Positions 12,397 to 25,093 of a stretch of DNA of 62,282 nt are shown here, piece by piece (position 1 is the first letter of the stretch; each line of letters starts with the position of its first letter). Below the pieces are notes generated by a model. The model was not told the DNA's origin and did not search any database. It saw nothing but the letters and a program-made list of their open reading frames with translations. Origin of the DNA: Tubiluchus corallicola (taxonomy: Eukaryota; Animalia; Priapulida). Both the position numbers and the translations under genes were made by a program. The DNA lies in assembly GCA_030141605.1 (NCBI GenBank), contig JAQGDQ010001106.1, positions 1 through 62,282 of the forward strand. The letters run 5' to 3'.

Positions 12397-12912
12397 ATAA
12401 CTGATACTCTGTCAAATGTTGCTGTGCATTTAAAGTTAAGTCAACTAAAGTTGGCCAGGTACTACCGTCAGTCATTTCTAGTTGAACCTACTTAGTGTTA
12501 CTGATTGACTGATGAGACTATGTTGATAAACTGTGTCATCATCATTATCGTCATCATCATCTCCATCGTCATCATCATAGTCATCATCAGAATTTTTCAT
12601 TGATCATGGCAGTAATCAGTGGTACAGATGTCAGCTGCTTTGAGCATGAATATGTAGTCAACCGGTCAACTGAAATTGGTCGTGTGCCATCCAAATTATT
12701 CTCTATGAAGTCAAAACACAAAATTCCTTTTCCCACTTTTCCCAAAATGCATTTACCAAAAGCCAAGAGTACTACAATTAAGCATGTGTCAGGTTGTTAG
12801 TATCAATGTTAAGTTGCCATGTCATACATGTCATTGAATGCATTATGTAGGCAGCATGTTTCTGTGGCTCTGACTTTTATCTGTTTCCTAAATAACTATT
12901 TTGATTTTTCAG

Positions 12913-13133
12913 AAAAAGAAGAAATGCATAATATTGTGATGGCGGGTAATGATAATATAGAGAATACTCACTGTAAGTCTAACCTTCCTCTTCAAGTCTC
13001 CGATGCCCATCTTCCTGCTAGTCCGTTGTGCGCCTCAAACGTATCGGTCGACCTCAGTCCAACGACCACTCGTCTGATCCAGGTGACACAAGACGGCTGC
13101 ACGGTGAAAGTGTACCGCGAAACGTCCGTGTGA
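12913..13133 (+). CDS. INPP5A: Alternative INPP5A-like terminal exon: (E)KEEMHNIVMAGND...QDGCTVKVYRETSV* (class I PDZ-binding end)
   Basis: ttttgatttttcag acceptor at 12911-12912. Phase 1 matches the CAG|GTGAG donor at 10106/10107 (G+AA=Glu). The frame is open to TGA, with AATAAA at 13258-13263. Confidence 0.72.
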
Positions 13134-13257
13134 CACGCGGGTGTGAATGTTATGTAGGTTCAATTTTAGTATGTCCACGTTTTTGGAATTATTAACACAT
13201 ATTTCATACTGTTAGATGCTTTAAAAATGCATTTTTGTGTGCAGAGCTTTATATTGC

Positions 13258-13263
13258 AATAAA
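13258..13263 (+). promoter_or_regulatory. Candidate polyadenylation signal for the ETSV-ending INPP5A isoform
   Basis: AATAAA about 125 nt after the stop codon. More distal sites are also possible. Confidence 0.4.
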
Positions 13264-13744
13264 CTTATATAAATTGTGATGAACTTTTCATGCACGGCAT
13301 AGGCAAGAGCATTCCATACCACATAATTTAATCTCTTGTAAATTTTATTATTAGTTAGTTGTGTTGACCTTTAATTTTAGCGTACATATTCGACTGAATC
13401 AGGAAAGTATGTATGCTGTATGTATCATGTTTCGAAATTTTTGGACTAAAAGATCTCCTTTACAATTTCAGTAAATATTACTTTGGAAATAATGAGGTTT
13501 TACAACACGCTTTAGTGTATGAGAATGAATATATACAACGTGGATTTTAGCAAAATCTTACACACCTAGCAAGATTTTCATGAACTAGCTTTGTTGAAAT
13601 CATGAGAAATTAATTTTAGATTCTGCTCTCAGCTTTTTGCCTTCAAAGAGCAAAATCGCATTGGTGACAGATACGTTCCGAATACGGCATACGTGTTGGG
13701 TATATTCTTCTACCATCGAAAAATTCAAGAGTTATTATAGTTAT

Positions 13745-14294
13745 ATGTGAGCTTGCATACCAAAACCGTCCATAAGTTGGCATAGATTATAGCATCAGAT
13801 TATCAAGATAATGTCCAAAAAATACTAAAAATTTAATTTTATAACCCTGTGCCCATTTCTCTGCCTAAAAACTAGTACTGCAGTTGCAAAAAACTTGTAT
13901 TTTCAAACTACGATAGCAGCTCACTGAAGCAGTCATTTTGCTTCGGGTTTTTTCTGTTGACACTACCAGATCTTCGTCAGGAAGAGCAATCTACTGGATT
14001 GAAACATAACTTCAATGTGCTCTTACAAAGTCGTACACTTTCGTACGGTTGCTAAGTGTTTTGTAAAGATGCGACAAAAAACAACGACTAACTTTAAAAG
14101 CAATTTTCTCAAGATTATGTTTTTCAGTGCATAACCTGCACCTCAACTTCAACGTGGATTATCTTAGCTTAGTGATAAAAAAGGCGGACGAGCTTGGTAT
14201 CAAAATGATCCTCATGAAATGGAGTTTCAGAGTAGGTGAATAACCAGAAAATGTTAATTGCCGACTTACGGACGATTTTGCTATGCAAGCACAT
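13745..14294. mobile_element. MITE of about 550 bp with about 33-bp imperfect TIRs, unclassified
   Basis: atgtgagcttgcataccaaaaccgtccataagttgg versus the reverse complement of ccgacttacggacgattttgctatgcaagcacat. Confidence 0.7.
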
Positions 14295-14454
14295 GTACGG
14301 GTAGCTTTAAAGTTCTAATGTCACACATGCAGTAACACATGTTACATTTAAGTCAACTCACTCATGTTTTGTTAGACACTGGTGAGATGAGTTAAAATAT
14401 TTGCAAACTGGCACATTCACGTGTTTCAGCTTGAGTGCCTCAAAGCCTAAATGT

Positions 14455-14600
14455 AAATGCAACAGTCCTCATGCTTGAGTACCATCATCAGCAAGGTACC
14501 ATTTTTAAAACCGTTTGAAGTATTTTGTAAGATCTAATGCAGAGTTGAACCCACAACCTCCCGCTTGGAATCCAGAGTGTACTACAGATTGAGCTATACC
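14455..14600 (-). mobile_element. Degenerate tRNA-derived SINE (Meta-SINE-like core)
   Basis: The minus strand reads ggtatagctcaatctgtag...gggaggttgtgggttcaactc (A/B-box-like) followed by ttttaaaaatggtaccttgctg. Confidence 0.4.
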
Positions 14601-14970
14601 TGTAAACTAGAATTTAGATCAGTTAAACTGAAGTGGCTACACGTTGTATACAGCTCTGTATTGCATATTTAAACGAATTCGTGTTGTAAAATCTCAACGC
14701 GTTTTAAAATTTTCAGTAAAAATATTTCAAAATAGCTCCACTCCCCTCCTCTGTTAACAGAAAAAGCGATTTCTAGCAACATTTGAGCGTCTGCTGCCCT
14801 AGTAACTGCTACTAATTTCTGTGTCGTTCTTTGTAGCCGTGTATTTATAATTTTGCTGTAATTTTCATGTTATTGCAGACTGTATTGAATTAATTAAGCT
14901 GCAGATTAAGTAGGGAAATAGTTAGTTTGTTATGTAAGGGTTACCTAGTATCGTGAACTCTTTATGTTGG

Positions 14971-15114
14971 TGAATGCATTGTTGCAGTACCGTATGAATG
15001 CATTGTTGCAGTACCGTATGAATGCATTGTTGCAGTACCGTATGAATGCATTGTTGCAGTACCGTATGAATGCATTGTTGCAGTACAGTATGAATGCATT
15101 GTTGCAGTACCGTA
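14971..15114. repeat. 24-bp minisatellite (TGAATGCATTGTTGCAGTACCGTA) x6
   Basis: Direct tandem copies. Confidence 0.95.
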
Positions 15115-16069
15115 CTGTAAGAGGCTCAATTAAACGTGCCAATAAGGAAAATATCATAATTTGTTTGTGGTGGTGAGCAGATATATTATTCGTCTAATTC
15201 TTTATTAAGGTAATTTTATTATTTACACTTTTAATTAATTAAACATAATCACTAATAATGCAATTGATGCCAACTATTTAAGGTTTTATTGAGACTGTGA
15301 TAGGTACGAATCAGTCACATTTCTTACAAATGCTAACATACGATCATATGTTATTAACAAAAATGCGCATAAGAATGAAACAGGTTGCAATTTGTACTTT
15401 TTGCTGACATCTGTTTGAAATGTTCGCTGGTAATTTGTTGTCCCGGTTATGCAGACGCATTGTTCATATATATAATTATTGCACGTATCTTTCTTACGTA
15501 GTACATTTTGTTGTTAAATCTACGTTGTTGAATCTATGTTGACACTGTGCTACTATTACAATTATAATTGATTGTTTTAATTGAAAACATATATACCCTT
15601 GTTTGCTACTAAATTAATTGTTGGATATATATGTGTAAATACATTTAGTTTATGGTATATGGATGGTGCAATAACATTGTGTAGATACCACGCGGTTTTA
15701 GGGACAAAATGTGGAATATTGTATATAAAATTTTAACATGTGCTAATACTACTAATTATAATGAGCATGTATATTAACTTGTTTTGTATATCTACCGTTT
15801 TAGTTACTGATTATGTCACATCTTTATCGTTAATATCATCTTTTATCATTTTTGAATTTCTTAAGTTTATTTCTAATGCTCATGGCTGCTAAGACGTATA
15901 TGCAACCATGCCTATAACAATAAAGAACTTCGATTGATAAGTTTCCCGATATGAATGCATAAGTTTGTGGTGTAAATTTGGTCCCCTATTGCAGTTACAA
16001 ACCTGATTCTGCCCAGAAAAAGCTGGTCTCCGATTGCTCCAGTATAAGTCAGGCATAGCTGTACATCAC

Positions 16070-16620
16070 TTAAAAGAAGACCGGACGATTGTTTAGACTC
16101 AATCTCATTTTAATTTACTGTTCAAAACATACATTCTCTTGCCCATAAAAGTTAACAATTGTTTCTTATATTTGAATAATTAGCTTAGAAACTTAATTAA
16201 CAGCAACCGAACACAGCTATTGCTTACGTCAGGAACTAACCACAGTTTGTGCAATGGTAGGCATCTTCCCTTGCGCATCAAGCACATTTGCATAAGTGTT
16301 ACAGTACTGTTTAAACGCATGATGTCACAAAAATGGGCTCTACATCATGTGACGTCAGAAACTAACACTGCAGTTAATGATTATGGTTATCACGGTACCG
16401 CCTTCTATTTGTCGGCCACACGCATGTGACAGAAAGACGCCGCTGCCAATCTTGGTAGATTCACTGAGCCACGTGTAGCTTTGAATGTTTAACGAAATTT
16501 GAGTATCCGAGGTAATTATTATTTAATCTAAACTTTAAAAAAAGCTATAACAGTTTTCAATATTTTAGAGCATTCTTTATTCTGAATTCATGTTTACGCA
16601 ATCGTCCGGTTTTCCGTTAA
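16070..16620 (+). mobile_element. Kolobok-like MITE family A, copy 2
   Basis: TTAA at both ends, both TIRs, body homologous to 5244-5779. Confidence 0.88.
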
Positions 16621-17850
16621 AGCTCAGCAACTTGAATTATATTCACGCATAGATTTTTCCTGAAGTATTTTTTTCTCTCCTGAATTGTTTCTATTGTTGC
16701 ATTGACTTTCACTAAAATTATGAAACTGCCACGTTATGACTACCTGGCTGAGATTTCTACACCGTGCAGGTACAGATTTCATTTAAACATAGAAATGAGT
16801 TGAACTTTAAATTAATTTTTAGCGGTTTTTGTAAGTTGGCAATGAGAGATGTATATTTTATGTACTTAAGCGTAAACAACCCTAAAGCAACTTAAATACG
16901 CAAATAAACTAACCAAAGAGTTAATGCCTCTTGATTTAGCAAAGCGTTTCTTATTATACATTGTTTTAGTGAGTAGTAAAAGCTCTGCATAATTTAGACT
17001 TGGTCTTATGTAAATCCTATTGTCATATATTGCCGAGTAATGTCTTTGCACATGTTAAATTTTTAATGTTTAAATTCAACGTGGGTCACGATTTTAATTA
17101 TAACTTAATCAATTATTTACTAAATACAGATTATATACTGTCACGCAGTATTAACGAAGTATTTGATGAACATGGTGGTGTATGGAGCATAATATTGAAA
17201 CTCTCTGTCTCTTTGATATACCGTCCCTTTGTTAACAATTTAACGTTATTTATTTTCAAGGTTTCCTTACTAAAACGCACGTAGTATAATATTATTATAT
17301 TTTTGTTGACATTAGTGGGTAATGTGTAGTTCCTACAACGTACAGCCTGTACATGAATTTGGTTATAGATACATGTTCTGATAATAGAATAGTACCTTGT
17401 TTAATATGTATTTCTTCTCATACACATGCTGCATATTGTAATTGTTGGTCTAGAAAATTTCTAATTTTAATGCTCACTGGGAAGAATTGGTAATCTGTAA
17501 ATTTTAGATCGTTCTTAATTTTTAGCCGGATACACGAAAAATCAACATCAAGATGAGTGCATAAATCTTAGATTTTTTAATTTTTAATAGTATATCGATT
17601 AGGACTTCAAATAACTTGTTTTTTTAATGGATGTAGGTCAAATCAGATGATTTGCATAACTGAATTATCACTTCCTCGTTCAATTTTCACTATTTTTCTA
17701 GCAAGTTCAGATCGTGCTCGTGTTTTTTTCTAGGTAGACTTACTACCAGTAAACAAATGGATAATGACAGCACACATGCTCATGTATGTCATTGAAATAA
17801 AAGTATTAATGAACAAACAATGTGTTACGCATTACTTTGCTTATTATCAA

Positions 17851-18107
17851 GCTGTGGCGAGCCAAGTGCGTTGTTGCATGCGTGCTGTCGTGTGCCAGGT
17901 GGGTTGTTGCATGCGTGCTGTCGTGTGCCAGGTGGGTTGTTGCATGCGTGCTGTCGTGTGCCAGGTGGGTTGTTGCATGCGTGTCGTGTGCCAGGTGGGT
18001 TGTTGCGTGCTGTGGCGAGCCAAGTGCGTTGTTGCATGCGTGCTGTCGTGTGCCAGGTGGGTTGTTGCATGCGTGCTGTCGTGTGCCAGGTGGGTTGTTG
18101 CATGCGT
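17851..18107. repeat. 30-bp GT-rich minisatellite (GTTGTTGCATGCGTGCTGTCGTGTGCCAGGTGG-like)
   Basis: About 8 tandem units; explains the overlapping multi-frame ORFs. Confidence 0.93.
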
Positions 18108-18135
18108 GGTGAATGTATTCTGTGCCATAAAAACA

Positions 18136-18668
18136 TTAAAGGAAGACCGGACGATTGTTTAGACTCAATTTCATTTTCATTTACTGTCCAAAATATAGAT
18201 TTTCTTGCCTATAAAACTTAGCAATTGCTCTTATCTGAATAATTAGCTTAGAAAGTTAATTAACGGCAACTGAACACAGCTATTGCTTACGTCAGAAATT
18301 AATCACAGTTTGCGCAATGGCCGACGTTTTCCTTGCGCATCAAACACATTTGCATAAGTGTTACAGTACTGTTTAAACGCGTGATATCACAAAAATGGGC
18401 TCTACGTCATATGACGTCAGAAACTAACACAGCAGTTCATGATCATGCTTATCACGGTATCGCCTTCTATATGTCGGTCACGCGAATGTGACAAAAAGGC
18501 GCTGCTGCCAATCTTAGTAGATTCACTGAGCCGCGCGTAGCTTTGAAAGTTTGACGAAATTTGAGTATCCGAGGTAATTATTATTTAATCTAAGCTTTGA
18601 TTTTAAAAAAAGCTATTGTAGCTTTTAATATTTTAGAGCATTCTTTATTCTGAACTAATGTTTACACT
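18136..18668 (+). mobile_element. Kolobok-like MITE family A, copy 3 (right TIR clipped)
   Basis: TTAAAGGAAGACCGGACGATTG start and homologous body; ends at tgtttacac before the terminal TIR. Confidence 0.85.
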
Positions 18669-20549
18669 ATGAAAAATATTGCTGAGAATTAATTCCCTGG
18701 TCTGTAAAAAACAGTATTATACTATATATATACCTGGAAAAGCATCTTACTAATGATAAACATTGAAAACTTCTGAACTCTATGTACGATTATCTTGATA
18801 CAGAAACCCGGTTGAGAATTTTCTTTAAAATATTCGTCACCTTGATTTTTATATTTATGAAATCAGAAGCAATTTTACACCAGCTGTTAGTTTACTTTGC
18901 CAATGTAATCTGCCTTCTTCGAAACGTAGGGTTGTTGCAGGTCGTGGTAGACAGGTTACCAAAAACAAACACATGTACTTTGCCGGCCGACAGATGTATT
19001 TTATTATTCAGGCAATCCTGCCAAAACAAGTCAAGTAATTTGCCTACAGTATTTTGAAACCACTTTTTTGTAATCTGCCTACATATGTAGGCAGATATGT
19101 AGATATGTAGATATGTAGGCAGATTACAAAAAAGTGATTTCAAAATTGCCACGGTGCATTATTGTATCTGTGCAATAAAGTTGAATTGAATTGAATTGAG
19201 AACACCCACGAATGCACAAACTGCACGAAACACATGCGCGCTTCACACACTGATAGGGTTGACCTTGAAACATTTTATTAACGTCTCAAAACACAACATT
19301 TTCTTGACAGATTCCCGAAACTCTTTATTCTTTCGTACATAAATAATTGGATTCACGAAAGAGTTGGTGTACACTAAACCGTAATGGCAATTGAAGAATG
19401 TTGCATGTTTGCATGTATTATTAATTCATTTCAATTTCAACTCAATTCAATTAATTCATAAGAAAACAAATACACTCCTGCCATGCTGGGCTTACCCATT
19501 AATTACTAAGCAATTAGTGAAAGGGCAACTTCACAACCTCTATTACGATTTCCGGACTCTGTGAAAGTTGTAACTGTATATTTTAGGTGCTGCCATCTAT
19601 TGATTAGTCACTTTAACATTTTACTAGTTAAACTCACCCTTAGTACAATTGCTTGGTCCAGTGAATATGCAAACTCACTGGATCTCCCCTATTTTTACTG
19701 TAATGGGATATGTGAAGCCAAGTTTTTGCATAGTTCTCTACTTATATAAACTGGCTGGATTTCACTTCTAGCCACTGTCTCTCTGTCACGTTCTCAGTGC
19801 AGTGCAGTCGTGCTACACACTGTCTAACTCACACTCTTAGTGCAGTGCAGCAGTCGTGATCTTCATTTTACTGTGTATTTAGTATAATAAACGGTTTCAG
19901 TTTTTGTGCAGATATGTAATATAGTGTTCGTTCGTTTTCTACAAGTGTTCAATTTTAGCTTCATACATGACTTTCACAGACTCATTCCAAGTAAATTGTT
20001 CACTTTCAAAATTTTATATGTTCGTCTCCGTTTTCTAAAGTTGTCACTGGTCTCTTAAAAGATGGTAGCAAAAAAATCAAGAATGATTTATGTTCATTAA
20101 TTTCTTTTCCTTTTCTATCTTTTGTATATTTAACTGTGCTTCTTGATAAAACACTACCGTCCTCTTACACTTGACTATTGCGGGATTAAGACTTGTACGT
20201 TTGCGCCCTCTCACTGTAAACACGTCATTACAAAACAGCTGCAACAACTAAAATTTTGAGCCCGGATTGTAACTTTTAGTTACGCAATTTTAAAATGCGT
20301 ATGTCTACGCACTCTCACAAATTAGTTATTTATAGATTTTGTTGCACAATTTTAAAATGCGTATGTCTGCGCACTCTCACAGACTTAAGTTAGTTATTTA
20401 TAGCATTCGTAACTTTTAGTGCTATAATGTGAGGCCTGAAAAATGTGTGAACAATAGTTTTGTGTCACATATCTGCATTTTAATAAACCACTATGAGGTT
20501 AAAGTTACAGACAGAATATTGGCCATTATACTTGCAGATAAATAATATG

Positions 20550-21510
20550 TACTAATTTGCAAAGGCCCCGCAAAAAATTTTGTGAATAAAGCCACTTATA
20601 ATCAATAAAGCCCGAACGTCCTACCTAGCACACGAAAGAGCCAGCTCCCAAGAATCACCATGTTTATTCAGTGACGATTGTTTATGCCTTTGTATCATTA
20701 ATGTATTATTTTTTCTTCTTTTGGCTTCATTTGTAGCTTGATAATGGCCTCAATAACCAAAACGATCGTCGTTCAGTAAACATGGTGATCCTACCTGGTG
20801 TTCATTTATTTGCCTAACGCAAAAGCAGCAGCTATTACTGCAACAAAATTATAAGCAGAATACAATGAAATGACGTCAGAACAATGGTTTGCGTAAGCAG
20901 TTTTCAGGCAAGAAATGGAACTTCCAATCAACTCGTCGTCACTCCTAGGGCCTATTTCAAGGGGGGGGAGTGGGGATACTTCCCCGGGGTCTCACCCTCC
21001 AGGGGGGCCTCGCGCCAAGGTAACTTTTTTTGCTTTATGCTCTCTCTCTCTCTCAACTGTATAACTCCATATTTTCTCTTCGAAAATGCTTCTCCGGTGT
21101 TCTAGCTGTTCAAAAATTTTCTGGGCGCCAACCATGGTAGCGCCCTCCGGCGCTTCGCTGCCCTCGATGGGGCCTCACATGCACCACTTCCCCGGGCTTC
21201 GCCTAGGCTGAAATAGGCCATGGTCACTCCTCTTGCTGTAGGCGACTTTAAAAGAAACTCACATTGTGGTGTAGCTCCTTTCATCCTCTTTCCAGAGAGC
21301 CATAAATCTCCTTCTGATACCCCACCACGTGCCGCTAGAACGTTTTGCGTTTTTGCGAAAAATGGCCGAAAAGCCATTTTGGAGGTTTTTCGCTCCCGTT
21401 GACCTCCATTCGAGAAATAAACCACGAATGAGACGACATTAGATCTAGATCTTTCGTTTGATATATAGATCATCGAAAACGGTGCCTTCCTCAGAGCTGC
21501 AGCCCGGAAT
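20550..21510 (-). mobile_element. Unclassified element family E, second copy, interrupted by a hAT MITE and abutting a (TA)n tract
   Basis: Reverse-complement homology to 8700-9370 on both sides of the 20946-21222 insert. Confidence 0.7.
20946..21222 (-). mobile_element. hAT-type MITE (family D), internally deleted copy
   Basis: TIRs (T)AGGGCCTATTTCA...TGAAATAGGCC(A)TG. Perfect 8-bp TSD GTCACTCC at 20938-20945 and 21223-21230. Confidence 0.9.
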
Positions 21511-21512
21511 CT

Positions 21513-21641
21513 TATATATACATATATAATATATATATATATATATATGAATTATATATAATATATATAATATAATTATAATATAATAATATTAATATAT
21601 ATATATAATATTATTATATATTATACCATTATAATATATAT
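21513..21641. repeat. Degenerate (TA)n microsatellite
   Basis: Direct reading. Confidence 0.9.
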
Positions 21642-24431
21642 GAAGCCGTATACCACCGAAATTAGTTAAACAGATTGATACCATATGGTAACACAAACAC
21701 AGGTAAACAAATTACTAATTTTTAATAACATTTCATTTTTATTATTATATATTCGGGTTTTACATATAATGTACACTGGGTAACAACATTTTTTCATACA
21801 CACGTTAAAGTTCCGTGAGCATTAATTCTCTAAATCAAGCCATTAGGGCAACCTACTATATGAAATGAATTGCCTAGTAAAACAAACAGCACAGTCTTAT
21901 ATACATAGCAGAAAAAAGTCCAAATTAGAGTTACTACTATAATCGCAGGTCAATTTTGAATTTACGACCTAATAAGTCTAATATTTTTTTGCTTTTATGG
22001 CCATTCATATAATTATTCCACCATTAGTTTTGATTATGCTACTTGGATTTCAACAACACGTGAGCGAAAACCAAATAAGAAACTGCTGCAATTTTCTGAT
22101 GGTAATAATGACTACTGACTGCATTGCTGGAAAGTAGACATTTGGTGAATTTATTATAACTTGGGTCTAACCGTCTGTCTGAGTGGTTGACCTATACAAA
22201 AATGTTTAGATCCGTAACACTGTAAGGTGTGATTGAAATGAGGCAGGCTGAATCTTACCGATTTTGAGAAGCAATCGTTTTCCGTTTGACTACCACAAAA
22301 TAAAAAAATATGTTAAGTCATAAAACCAAAATTAATTCAGAATTTGAGATTGATCTATCGAATGCTGTACAGCAAGAAGTAATTATTCTGTTCAGATTCA
22401 AACAATGTGTTGATCGTATGCTTTCAGAAATGAAAATATAAATGCGTTGCACCATCTAGCGGCGAAAAATCAAAATAAGCGTTTATAGTGCTAGCGAAAC
22501 TTTTGCGATTTTGACTTCATACATTTATAACTTCATAACAGTAATCAAAAATTTGTTTATTTCTGACATTGTTTACTTATTCATTTATTTCAACCCAATT
22601 TTACCTAATCTTTCATCGTTGCAGTTTATTGGTGCTTTTCATTTGATATCCATTGTAATCCGTCAATATCAGACATTAGAAACTGCGCTCATTGGCTAAT
22701 GACTAATCCGCTGCACATTTCACTTTATGTAACTAAGAACTCAGAAAACAGATTATTCGTTTTTTCCAAGCAGCTATTTTTGTTAGAGAAATACGTTTGC
22801 TAGAGAAATAGAGCAGAATTTTATTTACAAAGTGCAGGGAGTTTCTTTGCGGATTGTAACACAACGTAACACACAGCTCTAATTTGTTTAACGATGATTT
22901 TTCTATCACTATTGTTATTGCTACTTACTACGAATTGATTTATATGCATAAATAACGCTAAAACTGCAAACGGTACATTACATAATTATACGTAAGACTG
23001 GATTAGACTTATTCACATAAAATAAAACTGACAAGCAGCAATAATTTTCAATGCAAGCAACTAAAAGCAACAACGTTATAATTACAATTTGCATATCTCT
23101 GTGACGGTTTCCTCTCTTGCCTTTTTTAGTATGGACAGTATGAGGTATTATAACTGTCTCACATGTATTGTCATAGATACAGACTAATCACAAACTACTA
23201 CAGACATACTTGCTAATTTACACACAAGCATAGTACTTCATTTACAAGACAATAATGGGCCTTATTAAAAGAATTATAGCTTTATCATCTTGATGCAGAT
23301 ACGCTTAATTAGAAATAAGCTAAATTTGCTAAACTAAAAATTCCAAGCTAATATAGTATAAAAAGAGTAACACTATTGATATATCATTATGCTTAGCACC
23401 GTATTAAGTGGTCACACTGAACATAAGTATATAATAAACATGAGCACTGTTTTACACGTATTAGGCTAAATATTTACAGTCAATCTTTAAAGAAGCCCTT
23501 GTTACTTCACAGTTGTAGCGTAATGAAGACTCGGTGCTGTACATTTTTTCAAGTTCTCAATTTGGACGGTTGCCAGATTTCTGCAAATTATTAACCTCAA
23601 ATAAATTCGTGAAATTCTTTCGAAATCAAAACAGGTTTAGGTGTGTAAGGAGACCTAGTGTAATAACGTATCTAAGACTGATGCCGAAATGATTTTTAGA
23701 GCAGTTCTGTTATGGGAAGCGCTAATTTATTTAGCGAAGAACAGTAATTTCATAGTACGTATTCGTCGACAAACTCTACCTAGACATTTGCGATATTGTG
23801 AATCAGGGGTGGAGGGAGTTTGCTTACCAATGAGGATAGCAATTTTAACTGCATTGTAAAAGGTTTTTAAAATTAAAGATAGAGTTTGTTCATTTTGATG
23901 GTGTACTAAGTATAAAGCATTTTATGCTTATTTCTCATTCGGCAACAGAAATTATTAGCATCAAGTGGAGCAAAAACTTTTTTATTTTTATTTTTTTAGT
24001 CATTTTAGTAACAGCAATTTTAGGTCTGCTAGGTCTGTTTATTTACAAATAATAATAATCAAGTTTATTCACTAAGCTCTTAGCTCAGCGTTAAAAATAT
24101 ACAATCTAATCATTGATTTCAAAAATTCACATAAAAACAAAATTTAACTGAAGACCAATCCCTATGACTCGTACCGATTGCGTAACCAATCACTGATTAG
24201 CAATTGGGTAAGTTTTTGGTCGTAAAGGACGATCTCAGGCAGCCAACCAATACACCGATATGATCGTTGGCAAAGACCTGGTGATCGACAGACTGAAAGT
24301 GAACAGTTTCCCAGTTACTGATGACGTTGACGCCTGGGTTAGAAGACTAGAGTACAAACGAAATCAAAACATTGAATCAAAAACTCAGCACAGCAAGTTG
24401 GTTTACAGATCTGAGACTTTCAGAAACTAAC

Positions 24432-24643
24432 TTATTGACATTTGAGAATCTTCTGGAACGCTCTACGGAACTCCTGGTTGAAGATGGTGTAGATGACTGG
24501 ATTCAGCAGACTGTTGATGTAGCCAATCCACGTAGTGAATGTGAACGCAAACACCGGCGGCTGCCAATCATTGCCAAACTTGAGACAGAGGGCGTTCATG
24601 ATGTTACAGGTAAAAAACGGAACCCAGCAGAGAAGAAACACAC
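24432..24643 (-). CDS. DRD2: D2-like dopamine receptor, last coding exon (TM6-TM7-helix 8): GVFLLCWVPFFTCN...WIGYINSLLNPVIYTIFNQEFRRAFQKILKCQ*
   Basis: CWxP and NPxxY motifs. The very short C-tail ending at a Cys is typical of D2-like receptors. Acceptor ttgacAG, phase 1, matches the upstream donor. Confidence 0.95.
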
Positions 24644-25093
24644 CTGTCAATACATAGAAAACTTTTAAACACCTAGTTGTTGACATAGCACAAAATCGTA
24701 TTAAAGAAAATTTTTTGTTTTGTCGTGCAAAAGATGGAACTTATGGTAGTGTCACAGTCATTGTTTCTCAAGATGAAGCTGAGAATGAGTATATGGTATT
24801 GACCTTTCACTTTTATTTAACACGGTTATTTGGAACTGAAACTGAAAATGACCTTCTGTCGATATTTGACACTTGGGTCCTGCAATGCACGTGGGTTTTA
24901 AACGTTAAGAAATTAATACGTAATGTCGTAAATTGGACGCAACTTTATACTAATTTACAGAAGAGATTGCTAGCTAGTGGTTAGTGTTAGTGCTAGTGTT
25001 AGTGCTAGTGGTTAGTGTTAGCTGAAAGTAAACACTTTTGCTCATTTTTATGACTGATAACCATTTTACTTAAAAGAAAGTGTTTCTACTTAC

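Noticed and set aside
17764-18221. Cys-rich metallothionein-like ORFs
   Set aside because: Produced by a 30-bp minisatellite running into a MITE, and open in five frames.
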